64,000 bases of DNA, from the NCBI GenBank assembly GCA_963727775.1, contig CAVSHB010000003.1:448001-512000 (forward strand). The letters are read 5' to 3'. A program made the translations under genes and the position numbers. Positions 1-9,215 of the stretch are shown one piece after another. Source of the DNA: an uncultured Nitrospiraceae bacterium (GTDB lineage: Bacteria; Nitrospirota; Thermodesulfovibrionia; Thermodesulfovibrionales; SM23-35). A model generated the notes under the pieces. It was not told where the DNA came from. It ran no database searches and saw only the letters and a list, made by a program, of their open reading frames with translations. The number at the start of each line of letters is the position of its first letter. Within the stretch, counting starts at the first letter, position 1.

Positions 1-191
1 AATTTAAGTCCGCCTGCAATCCACGTTCCTACGGGTGATAGCCCTAAAAGCCAACCGCCTATACCGCCGATGATTGAAAACATGATGATGCCGGTGAGGT
101 TGTTAGGAATCATGGCCAAGGTATTGAAAACCGCTAAGACAATAAATTCAGGCCAAGTGACATATTCTTCATTTTGATAGCGTTCTCTCAT
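1..191 (-). CDS. Membrane protein, partial (runs off the window start)
   Basis: Not in the ORF track. ATG at 191 with an AGGAGG RBS; reads MRERYQNEEYVTWPEFIVLAVFNTLAMIPNNLTGIIMFSIIGGIGGWLLG..., hydrophobic and open to the edge. Confidence 0.6.
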   Translation of the reverse strand, partial: MRERYQNEEYVTWPEFIVLAVFNTLAMIPNNLTGIIMFSIIGGIGGWLLGLSPVGTWIAGGLK

Positions 192-276
192 GTGTCCTCC
201 TTATCCTATGAAGCTAACTCAGTGTTTATTCTTTGTCTATAAAACATTTCTTTTATGAACAGAAGGAACGCTCCTG

Positions 277-891
277 CTAAAACCCTTCTCTGTCTATCTT
301 TCCTGCGCTAAAAAGTGATAGGGTTTTGTGAACAGTGCTGGGCTTTTGCTTTGTCTGCTTAGCAATCTGCCGAACTGATAGTTTTGGATTCTGCTCATGG
401 ACCTCGATGATCTTGCGACGTTCTATCGGAGCGATTCCTTTCCTGCCGATCTGCTTTCCCTTTGTCCTTGCGTTTGCAATGCCTGCACGAACTCTTTCCC
501 TGATTAATTCGCGTTCAAACTCGGCCATTGCACCAATAATGTGAAACATAAGCTTGCCCACAGGAGTCGTAAGGTCAATGTTCTCCTGGTAGGACACAAA
601 TCCAACTCCCAGGCTATTAAGCTCATCAACGGATGCAATAAGATGCTTCAGAGATCTCCCAAACCGGTCCAGTTTCCATACAAGGACAACATCGATCTGT
701 CTCTTTCTTGCAGCGTCCATGAGCAAGTCGAGCTTGGGCCTGCGGTCCTTGACGCCGGTAATATAATCAACATACTCCCCCTCAAGTTCCCATCCCCGTG
801 CTAAACGATATTCCCGAAGAGGTTTCATTTGCATTTCAGGGTCTTGCCCCTTGTCTATAGTGCTGACTCTCCCGTAAATAGCAACTTTCAA
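277..891 (-). CDS. Serine recombinase (resolvase/invertase family) with C-terminal HTH
   Basis: YGRVST catalytic motif, KLDRFGRS, AEFERELIRER; probable TTG start at 891 after GGAGG. Confidence 0.92.
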   Translation of the reverse strand: MKVAIYGRVSTIDKGQDPEMQMKPLREYRLARGWELEGEYVDYITGVKDRRPKLDLLMDAARKRQIDVVLVWKLDRFGRSLKHLIASVDELNSLGVGFVSYQENIDLTTPVGKLMFHIIGAMAEFERELIRERVRAGIANARTKGKQIGRKGIAPIERRKIIEVHEQNPKLSVRQIAKQTKQKPSTVHKTLSLFSAGKIDREGF

Positions 892-1062
892 GTTCTCTCC
901 TCCATCAATCCCATTTCGATTATAATCTGACAATCGTTATAGGGAAGAACGTGCCAATTATCGCCAACGATCTTGTGAATAGACAGTCTATCCCGGTAAA
1001 TAGCTTTTCTGAGAACACCTCCGCAACTGCTCACGCATCTGCCTCCCTGACCCGGGCCACAG

Positions 1063-1191
1063 ATTTCTTTTTTCGGTTTCCTCTGATAGATTTCCGAGGC
1101 AAGGTATTTCTCGCAGGTACGCCATACCCTTCTTGGGTCGGAGTCCTTCAAATGGCAGAATAGGTGGTTCATTTTGGCGTCCGTGTTTTCA
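1063..1191 (-). pseudogene. Diverged duplicate of the 3' end of the YhaM-like gene
   Basis: About 129 bp direct repeat of 1506-1634; encodes MNHLFCHLKDSDPRRVWRTCEKYLASEIYQRKPKKEI versus MNHLFCHLKDSAPEREWSSYDKYLASEIYQRKPKKEI. Confidence 0.8.
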
Positions 1192-1476
1192 GCATATTTT
1201 ACTGGCAGTCATGATTTCTTTGACGCGCTCCATTCTTTTTTCTGCCTCAGACGCAAGACGCAGCAAAGTTCGCCCTTTAATCTCAAGATTCCCACAGAAG
1301 GTACCCATTACACTGATTGCATCCAGAACAGCAATGGCAAAACTCACATTACCACTGATCTCGTCGATCTGATCTATGTTCAATCGCCAAATCACTTCCG
1401 ATCTATTTTCCAGCATACCTTTCGCATTCACCTTTCTCATTGTCACCTTACCCTGCTCTCTGCCACGACTACTCAT
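1189..1476 (-). CDS. Hypothetical protein
   Basis: 95-aa ORF with a GGAGG RBS; start overlaps the stop of the upstream HD gene. Confidence 0.55.
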   Translation of the reverse strand: MSSRGREQGKVTMRKVNAKGMLENRSEVIWRLNIDQIDEISGNVSFAIAVLDAISVMGTFCGNLEIKGRTLLRLASEAEKRMERVKEIMTASKIC

Positions 1477-2461
1477 ATGCGCCTACCTCCCTTAACCGGT
1501 CAGCTATTTCTTTTTTCGGTTTCCTCTGATAGATTTCTGATGCGAGGTACTTGTCATAGGAACTCCATTCTCTTTCTGGGGCAGAGTCCTTCAAATGGCA
1601 GAAAAGGTGGTTCATCTTAGCATCCGTGTTTTCAATATGATGAAGTGCAAGAGCCTCCGGCGTTGCCGGCCTGACGGGGCTACCGAACTCAAGGCTTCCA
1701 TGATGAGAAAGGACCATATGCCTAAGGAGCAGCCCGAGATCCTCCGGGAATCTTTTAATAAGACGCAGCTTATTATCAAGGATCATGATCCCCAGCGGTA
1801 TATGCCCCAGGAGCCTGCCTTCCGTCGTATAAGACCTTGTTATTCCCGGGGTTAACTCCCTTGTTTTACCGATGTCATGCAGGAGGGAACCTGTCAGAAG
1901 TAGGTCCCTGTCCAGCAGCGCGGGATACTTATCAGACATATATGCTGCATGTGACATGGTGTTCACTGAATGTTCCACTAACCCGCCCACGTAATTGTGG
2001 TGCACGGTCATCGCGGCCGGCGCGATTTTGAAGTCTTCCAGGAATTTTTGATCTGAAAAGAGCGATTCCAGAAGCAACCGGCAATTCATATCTTCGATCG
2101 TCTCGATCTTCTCATGCAATGAGTTCATCCAAAGATCCACCCCACCCGGTACCACATCCAAGAAATCTGCCATAACAATTTCCTTTTCGCGAACGGACCT
2201 TATCGCTTCTATAGTCAATATCAATGCCTCGTTATACATTTTCGTCTTTCCCTCAACATGTACGTATGCCACGCCCCTCAGATATTCCGCCTTCTCTTCG
2301 GGCTCATTCCAGATGTATCCCTTGAGCTGCCCGCTTTTGTCAGACAAGGTCAGAACGAGAAAGAACCGTTGATCTCTGGTCTTCCTTGTTTCGGCGGATT
2401 CAAGCGCAAAGAAAGTATTGACTTGCTCATTAGGTTTAAGGTCTGATTTCATCTGTTTCAT
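1469..2461 (-). CDS. 3'-5' exoribonuclease YhaM/Cbf1 family (OB fold + HD domain)
   Basis: N-terminal OB fold (LTLSDKSGQLKGYIW); HHNYVGGLVEHS, LLHDIGK, LLGHI and SHHG..EFGSP motifs. Confidence 0.9.
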   Translation of the reverse strand: MKQMKSDLKPNEQVNTFFALESAETRKTRDQRFFLVLTLSDKSGQLKGYIWNEPEEKAEYLRGVAYVHVEGKTKMYNEALILTIEAIRSVREKEIVMADFLDVVPGGVDLWMNSLHEKIETIEDMNCRLLLESLFSDQKFLEDFKIAPAAMTVHHNYVGGLVEHSVNTMSHAAYMSDKYPALLDRDLLLTGSLLHDIGKTRELTPGITRSYTTEGRLLGHIPLGIMILDNKLRLIKRFPEDLGLLLRHMVLSHHGSLEFGSPVRPATPEALALHHIENTDAKMNHLFCHLKDSAPEREWSSYDKYLASEIYQRKPKKEIADRLREVGAYE

Positions 2462-2605
2462 TCTTCTCCCTCCTTTATTTATTAGTTATCTTTATCGATA
2501 TCCATTGTAATCCCCTATACTGACAATAATGCTATCCATCGTCCCATCAGGGATAAGACTAAAAGTAAAACCACCACTACCATGAGGATCACGCATGGTA
2601 TTCTT

Positions 2606-3070
2606 TTAAGCCGCCCTCTTTGATTTATTGATCAGGGTGCCCAGACTGAGAGGGTAACTCTCCGCCGCCACTCCGTAAGATCTTGCAATATTCCTCATAT
2701 TCCCATCGTTGGTCGCAAGGATTACATAATCCCCGGTATCCTGTTTTAACAGGATTACCGTGCCCACAATCCTGTTGTCGGCGACACTTGCAAGGTCATC
2801 GATTGCTGCGTGACTGTTGCATATTCTCACAATAGAGCCTGCAGATGTTATGGCCCCCAATTTAATGTCCTGGCGTCTGCTCAGCCTGTCGAGAATCCTT
2901 ATGACCTGTCTGGCGGGCTTCGCCCTTTCGGGATCCCAACTTCTCTTTAGACCGTCAAGCTCCTTAATGACCGCGCCGGGGATAACAATCTGACTTTTGC
3001 CGAGCTTGTAAAAAATATCCGGATCATCGATCAAAACGCACGTATCAAGCACATATGTCTTTCTATTCAC
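2606..3070 (-). CDS. PIN-domain protein (PhoH-associated PIN type), possibly frameshifted before a TM tail
   Basis: YVLDTCVLI, VIKELDGLK, DNRI and LATNDGNMR motifs; probable GTG start at 3070. Confidence 0.85.
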   Translation of the reverse strand: MNRKTYVLDTCVLIDDPDIFYKLGKSQIVIPGAVIKELDGLKRSWDPERAKPARQVIRILDRLSRRQDIKLGAITSAGSIVRICNSHAAIDDLASVADNRIVGTVILLKQDTGDYVILATNDGNMRNIARSYGVAAESYPLSLGTLINKSKRAA

Positions 3071-3658
3071 CTGCAAGAGTCTCCTTTCTTTTCTTATGAG
3101 GGCTATGCACGGTATCAAGGCTTTTTTCTCTTCCCTCTGCATCCCTGGATAGATTTGCCTCTTAACTGAGCCTTCATGGTGTATCTTTTCTATGTCCATT
3201 AGTCCTTACTGTATATAAATTCGGACAGGCAATTTGTCAAGTTACTTACACCCAATTTTTTTCAAGAATGAAAATTTATTTTGGATGGACAGATTCTGAT
3301 TGAAATGGCCAAGGATCTCTCGGTTTGAAAACTCGATTTCAAGGGAATAATTTTTTGAGGTAGCACAGGTTAGTTGATATTCGTGTTGCAGCAGCGGACA
3401 GGCGCCGGGAAATTCGGGGGGGGGAATAGTAGGTGCGTCTGTTGTCTTATAAAATATCTATAAGATAAAGTATCGAATTATGGCGCGGTGGTGGCTAAAT
3501 CGTTCCTCACAGTAACCGATATATTAGGGGATACGGATTACTATGAGGAGTACGATCGGTATTTATCATGCAGGGTCCAAGATCATGGAAAACACCTCAG
3601 CAGGATTAAGGCCGTCCCCTTGTACCAGATGTCTGTCTTGTAATAATATAAACGCCAG

Positions 3659-4270
3659 ATGGAATTTAACGCCTCAGCACACATTTTTAAATCACCAAAA
3701 GTTAAAGCCATAATCAATGAGGCGATAGACTTTTTAAATAATACTCCTGCCCATGAACTACCTCCGCCAGAGTCGTTTATAGGGACCGGAGTTTACTGCT
3801 TGTATTATCTCGGCGGGCTTGAAATATACAATAAAATTGCCTGCGAGAACATCAAAGAATGTACAAAGCCGATCTATGTGGGTAAAGCTGTCCCAAAAGG
3901 ATGGAGGACAGCACGAGTGGCAAGTGATACTGATTCTACACTATACGGCAGAATACGACAGCACGCAAATAACATTACACAGGGGGAAGGACTAGAGATT
4001 AAAGACTTCCGTTGCCGGTTCATGATTTTGAAAGGCGACGAAAGCAATATGATAACAATTGTTGAAGCCGAGTTAATACGAAGGTATATGCCCCTATGGA
4101 ACACTGTTATTGATGGATTTGGCAACCACGACCCGGGAAAAGGAAGATACGATCAAGCGATCTCGGAGTGGGACGTATTGCACCCAGGTAGACCGTGGAT
4201 AAAGAGACAGAAAGGTCAACCACCGGATCTTACAAAAATCAAAACCAAGATAAAGGAAGCCTTGAAGTAA
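3659..4270 (+). CDS. Eco29kI-family GIY-YIG restriction endonuclease
   Basis: GVYCLYY...IYVGKA, LYGRIRQH, and EAELI..PLWN..IDGFGNHDPGKGR..Q..SEWDVLHPGRPW. Confidence 0.9.
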   Translation: MEFNASAHIFKSPKVKAIINEAIDFLNNTPAHELPPPESFIGTGVYCLYYLGGLEIYNKIACENIKECTKPIYVGKAVPKGWRTARVASDTDSTLYGRIRQHANNITQGEGLEIKDFRCRFMILKGDESNMITIVEAELIRRYMPLWNTVIDGFGNHDPGKGRYDQAISEWDVLHPGRPWIKRQKGQPPDLTKIKTKIKEALK

Positions 4271-5659
4271 TTACGGTTTTCTAAGGACTACTACTGCCTC
4301 ATAAAGCTGGTTTGAAGATTTAGTTTTTCCAACCCTTACCTCGGATTGAATAATACTATTGCCAACACGAGTCGCTCGCGGTATATCAATATTCACCAAT
4401 TCTAAGCCTGCGAATTCTGCGATCTTGCCGAAGTATTCATCTGTAGGAATCATCATGCCCTGCAAAATACTATTCCCTATAACGACTAAAGCCGTGCCAT
4501 TACGCTTTAAGACATAAAGGATCCCCTCCGCAAACTTTAGGCAATCGTTAAAATACGCAGCGGCATAGTTAGCCCAACCATTACCACCATAAACCCCTTT
4601 CCCCTTATTCAATTTTCTGAGTGCTTCAAGACGATCACGAATATCCGTTTCAGGCAAGGTAAAGGACAAATCAAGCCTCTTCATATCCCGAACAGTCTGC
4701 CAGAACTTACCAAAATTCATATTTTCAAGTTTCTTCAAATCCTCAGGTTTCTCGGCAAGCCCAAGCCAATAAAGCTGTGGGCGAGTATTCCTGTTGTAAT
4801 GGTAGTTATTCAAATAAGGCGGCGATGTAATAAGGAGATCTACAGATGCGGGCTGGATATGTTTTTTACATTCAAAAAAGGAATCATTGATAATTTTAGC
4901 ATCAAGTTTATGCCTAACCATATGCGATTGTAACCATGAAATATCTTCTGCGATATCGATTAACTTATTGGTTATGGCTCTAGCCACAGGAAAATCAAGG
5001 ATTTCATCCCTGCCAGCACTTACTCGCCGACCAAGGCTGGGTTCATAAGAATAGTTTGAATAACTTACCATGGTTGACGCAAATGCAAGCCGGAATAGTT
5101 CTCGAATTTCCTTTTTTTCAATATTCTGTATGAAGTCTTGCGCAACCAGAACCCTATGAAGAACCTTAGGACTATAAAAACTCGCCCTCGTCTTAAAGCC
5201 TTTAGGTGGTTCGCTATGCGGTTTATAATGCACTAACATTCTCTCCCTGAAGAACTCGCGAAAATCATCTACACTGGAAGAAAAAGTGTCTACATCAATC
5301 TTATGTGCATTTGCCTTTGTATGACTTGCAAGGAAGGCATAAGGATTGATTTCAAAGCCTATAGCATTATGCCCGCTAAGAATTGACTCAACAACCGTTG
5401 TACCAACACCGCAAAAAGGATCGAGAACCGTCCCTTTCTTCTTATGAAGGTGTCCTTCTATAGCACTTTTTACAAATTCGCTTGAAAAGCCAGCGATCCA
5501 AGGAACCCACCTATGCACAGGAAGCGTTTTATTGCTGGCAAAATTGGGATCGCTAAAGCCGGAACCATTACCTTTGACAGATGGCGAACCGTCATTAGAA
5601 GGAATGGCAGGCAATTGTAATTGTGCTACGAATTTACTCTTTATCTTTGTTGCTGCCAT
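4271..5659 (-). CDS. Amino-DNA methyltransferase (probably N4-C), cognate of the adjacent REase
   Basis: VLDPFCGVGTT (motif I) precedes ITSPPY (motif IV); convergent with and abutting the REase. Confidence 0.88.
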   Translation of the reverse strand: MAATKIKSKFVAQLQLPAIPSNDGSPSVKGNGSGFSDPNFASNKTLPVHRWVPWIAGFSSEFVKSAIEGHLHKKKGTVLDPFCGVGTTVVESILSGHNAIGFEINPYAFLASHTKANAHKIDVDTFSSSVDDFREFFRERMLVHYKPHSEPPKGFKTRASFYSPKVLHRVLVAQDFIQNIEKKEIRELFRLAFASTMVSYSNYSYEPSLGRRVSAGRDEILDFPVARAITNKLIDIAEDISWLQSHMVRHKLDAKIINDSFFECKKHIQPASVDLLITSPPYLNNYHYNRNTRPQLYWLGLAEKPEDLKKLENMNFGKFWQTVRDMKRLDLSFTLPETDIRDRLEALRKLNKGKGVYGGNGWANYAAAYFNDCLKFAEGILYVLKRNGTALVVIGNSILQGMMIPTDEYFGKIAEFAGLELVNIDIPRATRVGNSIIQSEVRVGKTKSSNQLYEAVVVLRKP

Positions 5660-5777
5660 ATTAAGTGTATCTATTTTCCCTCAAAAGACATCAATAAATC
5701 TACAACGTTGACCCTTTTCTCGCATTTACGCATGTAATGTTGTTCTCCAAGCGACAGATCGCTTTCCCATCGGGCGT

Positions 5778-6608
5778 TCATCGATATGCAACGGCTGCAA
5801 TTTTAGGATCAACGAGCTTGATCGTCTCGCCCGGTCTTAGGCCGGTCAACTTGCTGAACGCATCGGCTCCTATTCTTTCCGACAGGGAATTCTGAAACTG
5901 TATGGCAGCCTCATTGATTTTATTGGCCAACTCTGCTCCCTTCAGCCTCGCGTTGATTATAGAATGCTTTTCCTTCAGAAAATCAAGGTGGATATTCTTT
6001 ATATTTTGAGGATCAATATTTAGGAGCGAATGTCTTATCAACAGTGCCGCCTCCTCATGAATCAATTCATGACTGGGAATTTTAAGTTCTTTGACGGCGG
6101 ATTTATACAGCTGCTTTATGTCCTGAAAAAGCACATTGCCGGAGTCCCTATTTTCTTCTAAGTACTTTGCGTAGCACTTGTTGTATACCGTAGTTTTCCA
6201 TAGATCAAGAAACGCCTGTTGAAGGGGAGTATCGAGGGGATTGAAGTCCCCGTAAGTTCCGTAGGCAAGGCTGCTCAACCCGTAACCCTTGACACCATCG
6301 TCGATGGTTATCGTCCGGCCAGATGAATAAAGGAACAAATTCGCAGTCTGGTGGCAAACTCCGTTGACAGCGTATACTCCGATACCAGCTGTGTCCTTGA
6401 TATTGAAGATATTCCTCCTGTAGCAATCCGCAACGTCATAAATTGCTGCGCATGAAAACCTCAGAGTACCGGGCGTTTCCGTAGAGGATTGATGATCCCC
6501 CCAGCAGTTGAAATAGGTATTCTTGTCAGGACACCTAATGTAAGTATGCTGGGCATATTCTCCCAGATCCCCTTTGACATCGTACGACCACAACTCGAAT
6601 GTTTCCAT
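5778..6608 (-). CDS. Hypothetical protein with a candidate His...Cys catalytic pair
   Basis: ATG at 6608 with a GAGGAG RBS; QHTYI..CWG and YAVNGVCHQTAN segments. Confidence 0.65.
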   Translation of the reverse strand: METFELWSYDVKGDLGEYAQHTYIRCPDKNTYFNCWGDHQSSTETPGTLRFSCAAIYDVADCYRRNIFNIKDTAGIGVYAVNGVCHQTANLFLYSSGRTITIDDGVKGYGLSSLAYGTYGDFNPLDTPLQQAFLDLWKTTVYNKCYAKYLEENRDSGNVLFQDIKQLYKSAVKELKIPSHELIHEEAALLIRHSLLNIDPQNIKNIHLDFLKEKHSIINARLKGAELANKINEAAIQFQNSLSERIGADAFSKLTGLRPGETIKLVDPKIAAVAYR

Positions 6609-6856
6609 GTTTCTCTCCTCTTGATTTTTTCGATACATCCTATTTTTTCGTTTGATAAATGCGCATCTGTCTTCGTGACATCTTGTCTCACGTCATCAAA
6701 CAATTGTCGCGGCAGTGATAGAGATGCTTCGCATCATCTACCATCAACGCCAGGAGTACATTCTAAACAGCATGCCACAATTCCTATTGAATCAAAAGTC
6801 TTCCTGAGAACATTAACTGCAAAGTAGTGATACTGCTTTCCCACTTCCTTTCGTAT

Positions 6857-7912
6857 TTATAGTTGTATGAATTCCTCCTGCATACTTGCCGGTTGCATGT
6901 TGTTCTGATCCCAAGTTTTGACTCTGACATAATGCTTCGCATCGTCCTCATTCTTTTCAGTCTCGACAAAAGTAAAATCCTTTCCCTTATCATACTCACA
7001 CCATGTTCCAGTATTCGCATATATATACATATCTTCGCTCTCTTCGTTCATTTCATCAACGCGCAATTTATTGAGATCCTTATTGTGGGTATGGCCGAAA
7101 ATGATGATTCTATTCCGCTGCCTCAGATTCCATACTACAGGCCAAAGATTGTTTAGTTCCGCTTCAGCTGCCGATTTGCGTGGAATTAGATCATCATTCC
7201 ACTGACTATAGAGATTGCTATATCTTGTCCTAACATCTTCAATAGTAATGCTATCGGAAATGGTCTTTTCAACAGCAGTATTTACATTCAACCCGGCCTC
7301 ACGGGCAGCGGTGTCAAAGACATCCAAGACTGTTCCCTCTGAAATATTTTTTATGAATGTTCCCAGGTAACTCATTAGACTGTTATCACTTCCCGTTCGG
7401 GTAGCATTTGTAGCGGCAACACGTGATATGTAATATCCGATAGGCAAACGATCTGTCACGTCATTGATGGGATCCGCCGCGCAAAACATTGTATGTTCGC
7501 TCCCATGTGCGGCTAAAATATCATCTTGCCGGTATTCGTTTTGAAAACCAATATGCGGGAAGGTGGCCCGCAAGAAAGTCTCCGTAAGCGCCATATCGTG
7601 ATTTCCCGGAACATAAATTGTCTTCTTATTGTCGGAAAGATTTCTTAGATTTCGGATGATTTTTCCGTTGATGCCTGCGGCGATAATATCTTCAAAAGTT
7701 GGAGGAGGCGTATCGACCGGGCAAACCCAGTTGTCCATGATGTCGCCAAGTAAGATTATCTCATCGACATCCGAGTCGTTCAAATAATTTAAGAAATCTG
7801 CAAAGGCAGAGGCTTCTCTTTCACTGAGCCAATCATATACATGTCCGACATAACCCGGTTGAAAACTCTTCCCTGCTCCCATATGCACATCACTCACAAA
7901 GATGCGTTTCAT
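6857..7912 (-). CDS. Calcineurin-like metallophosphoesterase
   Basis: SDVH, LGD, PGNHD, AHG and FGHTH motifs; ATG at 7912 with an AGGAGG RBS. Confidence 0.88.
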   Translation of the reverse strand: MKRIFVSDVHMGAGKSFQPGYVGHVYDWLSEREASAFADFLNYLNDSDVDEIILLGDIMDNWVCPVDTPPPTFEDIIAAGINGKIIRNLRNLSDNKKTIYVPGNHDMALTETFLRATFPHIGFQNEYRQDDILAAHGSEHTMFCAADPINDVTDRLPIGYYISRVAATNATRTGSDNSLMSYLGTFIKNISEGTVLDVFDTAAREAGLNVNTAVEKTISDSITIEDVRTRYSNLYSQWNDDLIPRKSAAEAELNNLWPVVWNLRQRNRIIIFGHTHNKDLNKLRVDEMNEESEDMYIYANTGTWCEYDKGKDFTFVETEKNEDDAKHYVRVKTWDQNNMQPASMQEEFIQL

Positions 7913-8259
7913 CTTTCCTCCTTTTCCGCCATTGCTTGTCACAGAACTGTGGAAGCCATCCGGATCCCGTGTCTGTGCCAGATTTCCGGCTGTCGATACT
8001 CGAAATGTCTCCTGGTGATCTTGCACCACCTATGCTTTCCAATGACATTTTTGCAAACCTCCTCTGAGCCGCCATGGTCTCTTTCTACTATAAGCAACGC
8101 TATATTGTTTGTCAATATAAGTTACAATCATATCTGTTCTTCTTTTACTAACATTTAAATGCTGCGAAATCAGCATCTTATATTGCGTTCATTTCTTTTT
8201 CTGAAATTGTTTTATATAATTATATAAATAGTCAGTGGGCATGTTACTTTAAGTAGCTC

Positions 8260-8288
8260 TTGATATTTTGTTAATAACAGTGTAAGAT
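8260..8288 (+). promoter_or_regulatory. Sigma70-like promoter of the XRE operon with a candidate operator
   Basis: TTGATA-17 bp-TAAGAT; TGTTA-A-TAACA palindrome at 8269-8279 lies in the spacer; the ATG starts 10 nt after the -10 box (near-leaderless). Confidence 0.5.
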
Positions 8289-8297
8289 GGCGTCAAA

Positions 8298-8636
8298 ATG
8301 ATTGACAAGAACTTCGGGAATCTTATCTATATTCTCATAGGCAGGAAAATCAAGGCACTACGTGAGAAAGCAGAATATAACCAGGAAGATCTGGCAACCG
8401 GCATTAAGGTCTCCCGGGCATCAATTGCCAACTATGAAAGTGGAAAACAAGCTATCTATATTGATGATCTTTATAGGGTAGCCGACTTTTTCAAAGTTGA
8501 AGTACATTCACTTTTGCCATCATTACAAGAGATAAGGTCTCAGTCGTTGCCTGAAAAGATACTCGATACGGCGAAGAATCTCAAAACGAGCGAAAAACAA
8601 GAAATAAAAGATTTTATAAAGAAAGTACAGTCTTAA
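8298..8636 (+). CDS. XRE/Cro-family HTH regulator
   Basis: IKALREKAEYNQEDLA..VSRASIANYESGK. Confidence 0.9.
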   Translation: MIDKNFGNLIYILIGRKIKALREKAEYNQEDLATGIKVSRASIANYESGKQAIYIDDLYRVADFFKVEVHSLLPSLQEIRSQSLPEKILDTAKNLKTSEKQEIKDFIKKVQS

Positions 8637-8652
8637 TGGAGGTCATTGCAAA

Positions 8653-9180
8653 ATGAGAGGTAAAAGGCATGCGAAGATGAAAGCCAAGAAGCTCCTCCAA
8701 CAGTCTCGGTTTAATGTTGACAAAATTGACGTCGAGAATAACGACTTGTCTATCAAGGTGGAAGAGATCGCCGATTCATTGAGAATCAAAATTATCCGAC
8801 ATTCTTTTTCAGACGACGTTTCCGGTGTGTTCTTTAAGAAATCTGATCAACTTTATTTAGGGGTGAATGAACGTCATCACTCTCACAGACAGAGATTTAC
8901 GATTGCTCATGAAATTGGACACTATATATTGCATTCCGGCGAAATTCTGCATTACGACGTTAATAAGCATGACTTAGAGAGGGTCTATTTTCGCGCTGAT
9001 AATATTTCAGATCTGAGCGAAATTGAAGCAAATCATTTTGCTGCTGAACTACTTATGCCAGAGGACTTGATTTACAAATGCATAAATCACGGTATCCAAA
9101 AAATAAAGGATTTGGCTGACAAGCTAGACGTCAGTGAAGATGCTGTAAGATACCGTTTAACAAACCTTGGACTTCTATAA
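8653..9180 (+). CDS. ImmA/IrrE family metallopeptidase
   Basis: RQRFTIAHEIGH (HExxH) and EIEANHFAAELLMP. Confidence 0.92.
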   Translation: MRGKRHAKMKAKKLLQQSRFNVDKIDVENNDLSIKVEEIADSLRIKIIRHSFSDDVSGVFFKKSDQLYLGVNERHHSHRQRFTIAHEIGHYILHSGEILHYDVNKHDLERVYFRADNISDLSEIEANHFAAELLMPEDLIYKCINHGIQKIKDLADKLDVSEDAVRYRLTNLGLL

Positions 9181-9215
9181 ATTGCTCTTGATATATTGTA
9201 ACGTGAACCAAATTT

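Noticed and set aside
1063..1634. Diverged direct repeat as a DGR TR/VR pair
   Set aside because: Mismatches are not adenine-specific on either strand, and there is no reverse transcriptase in the window.
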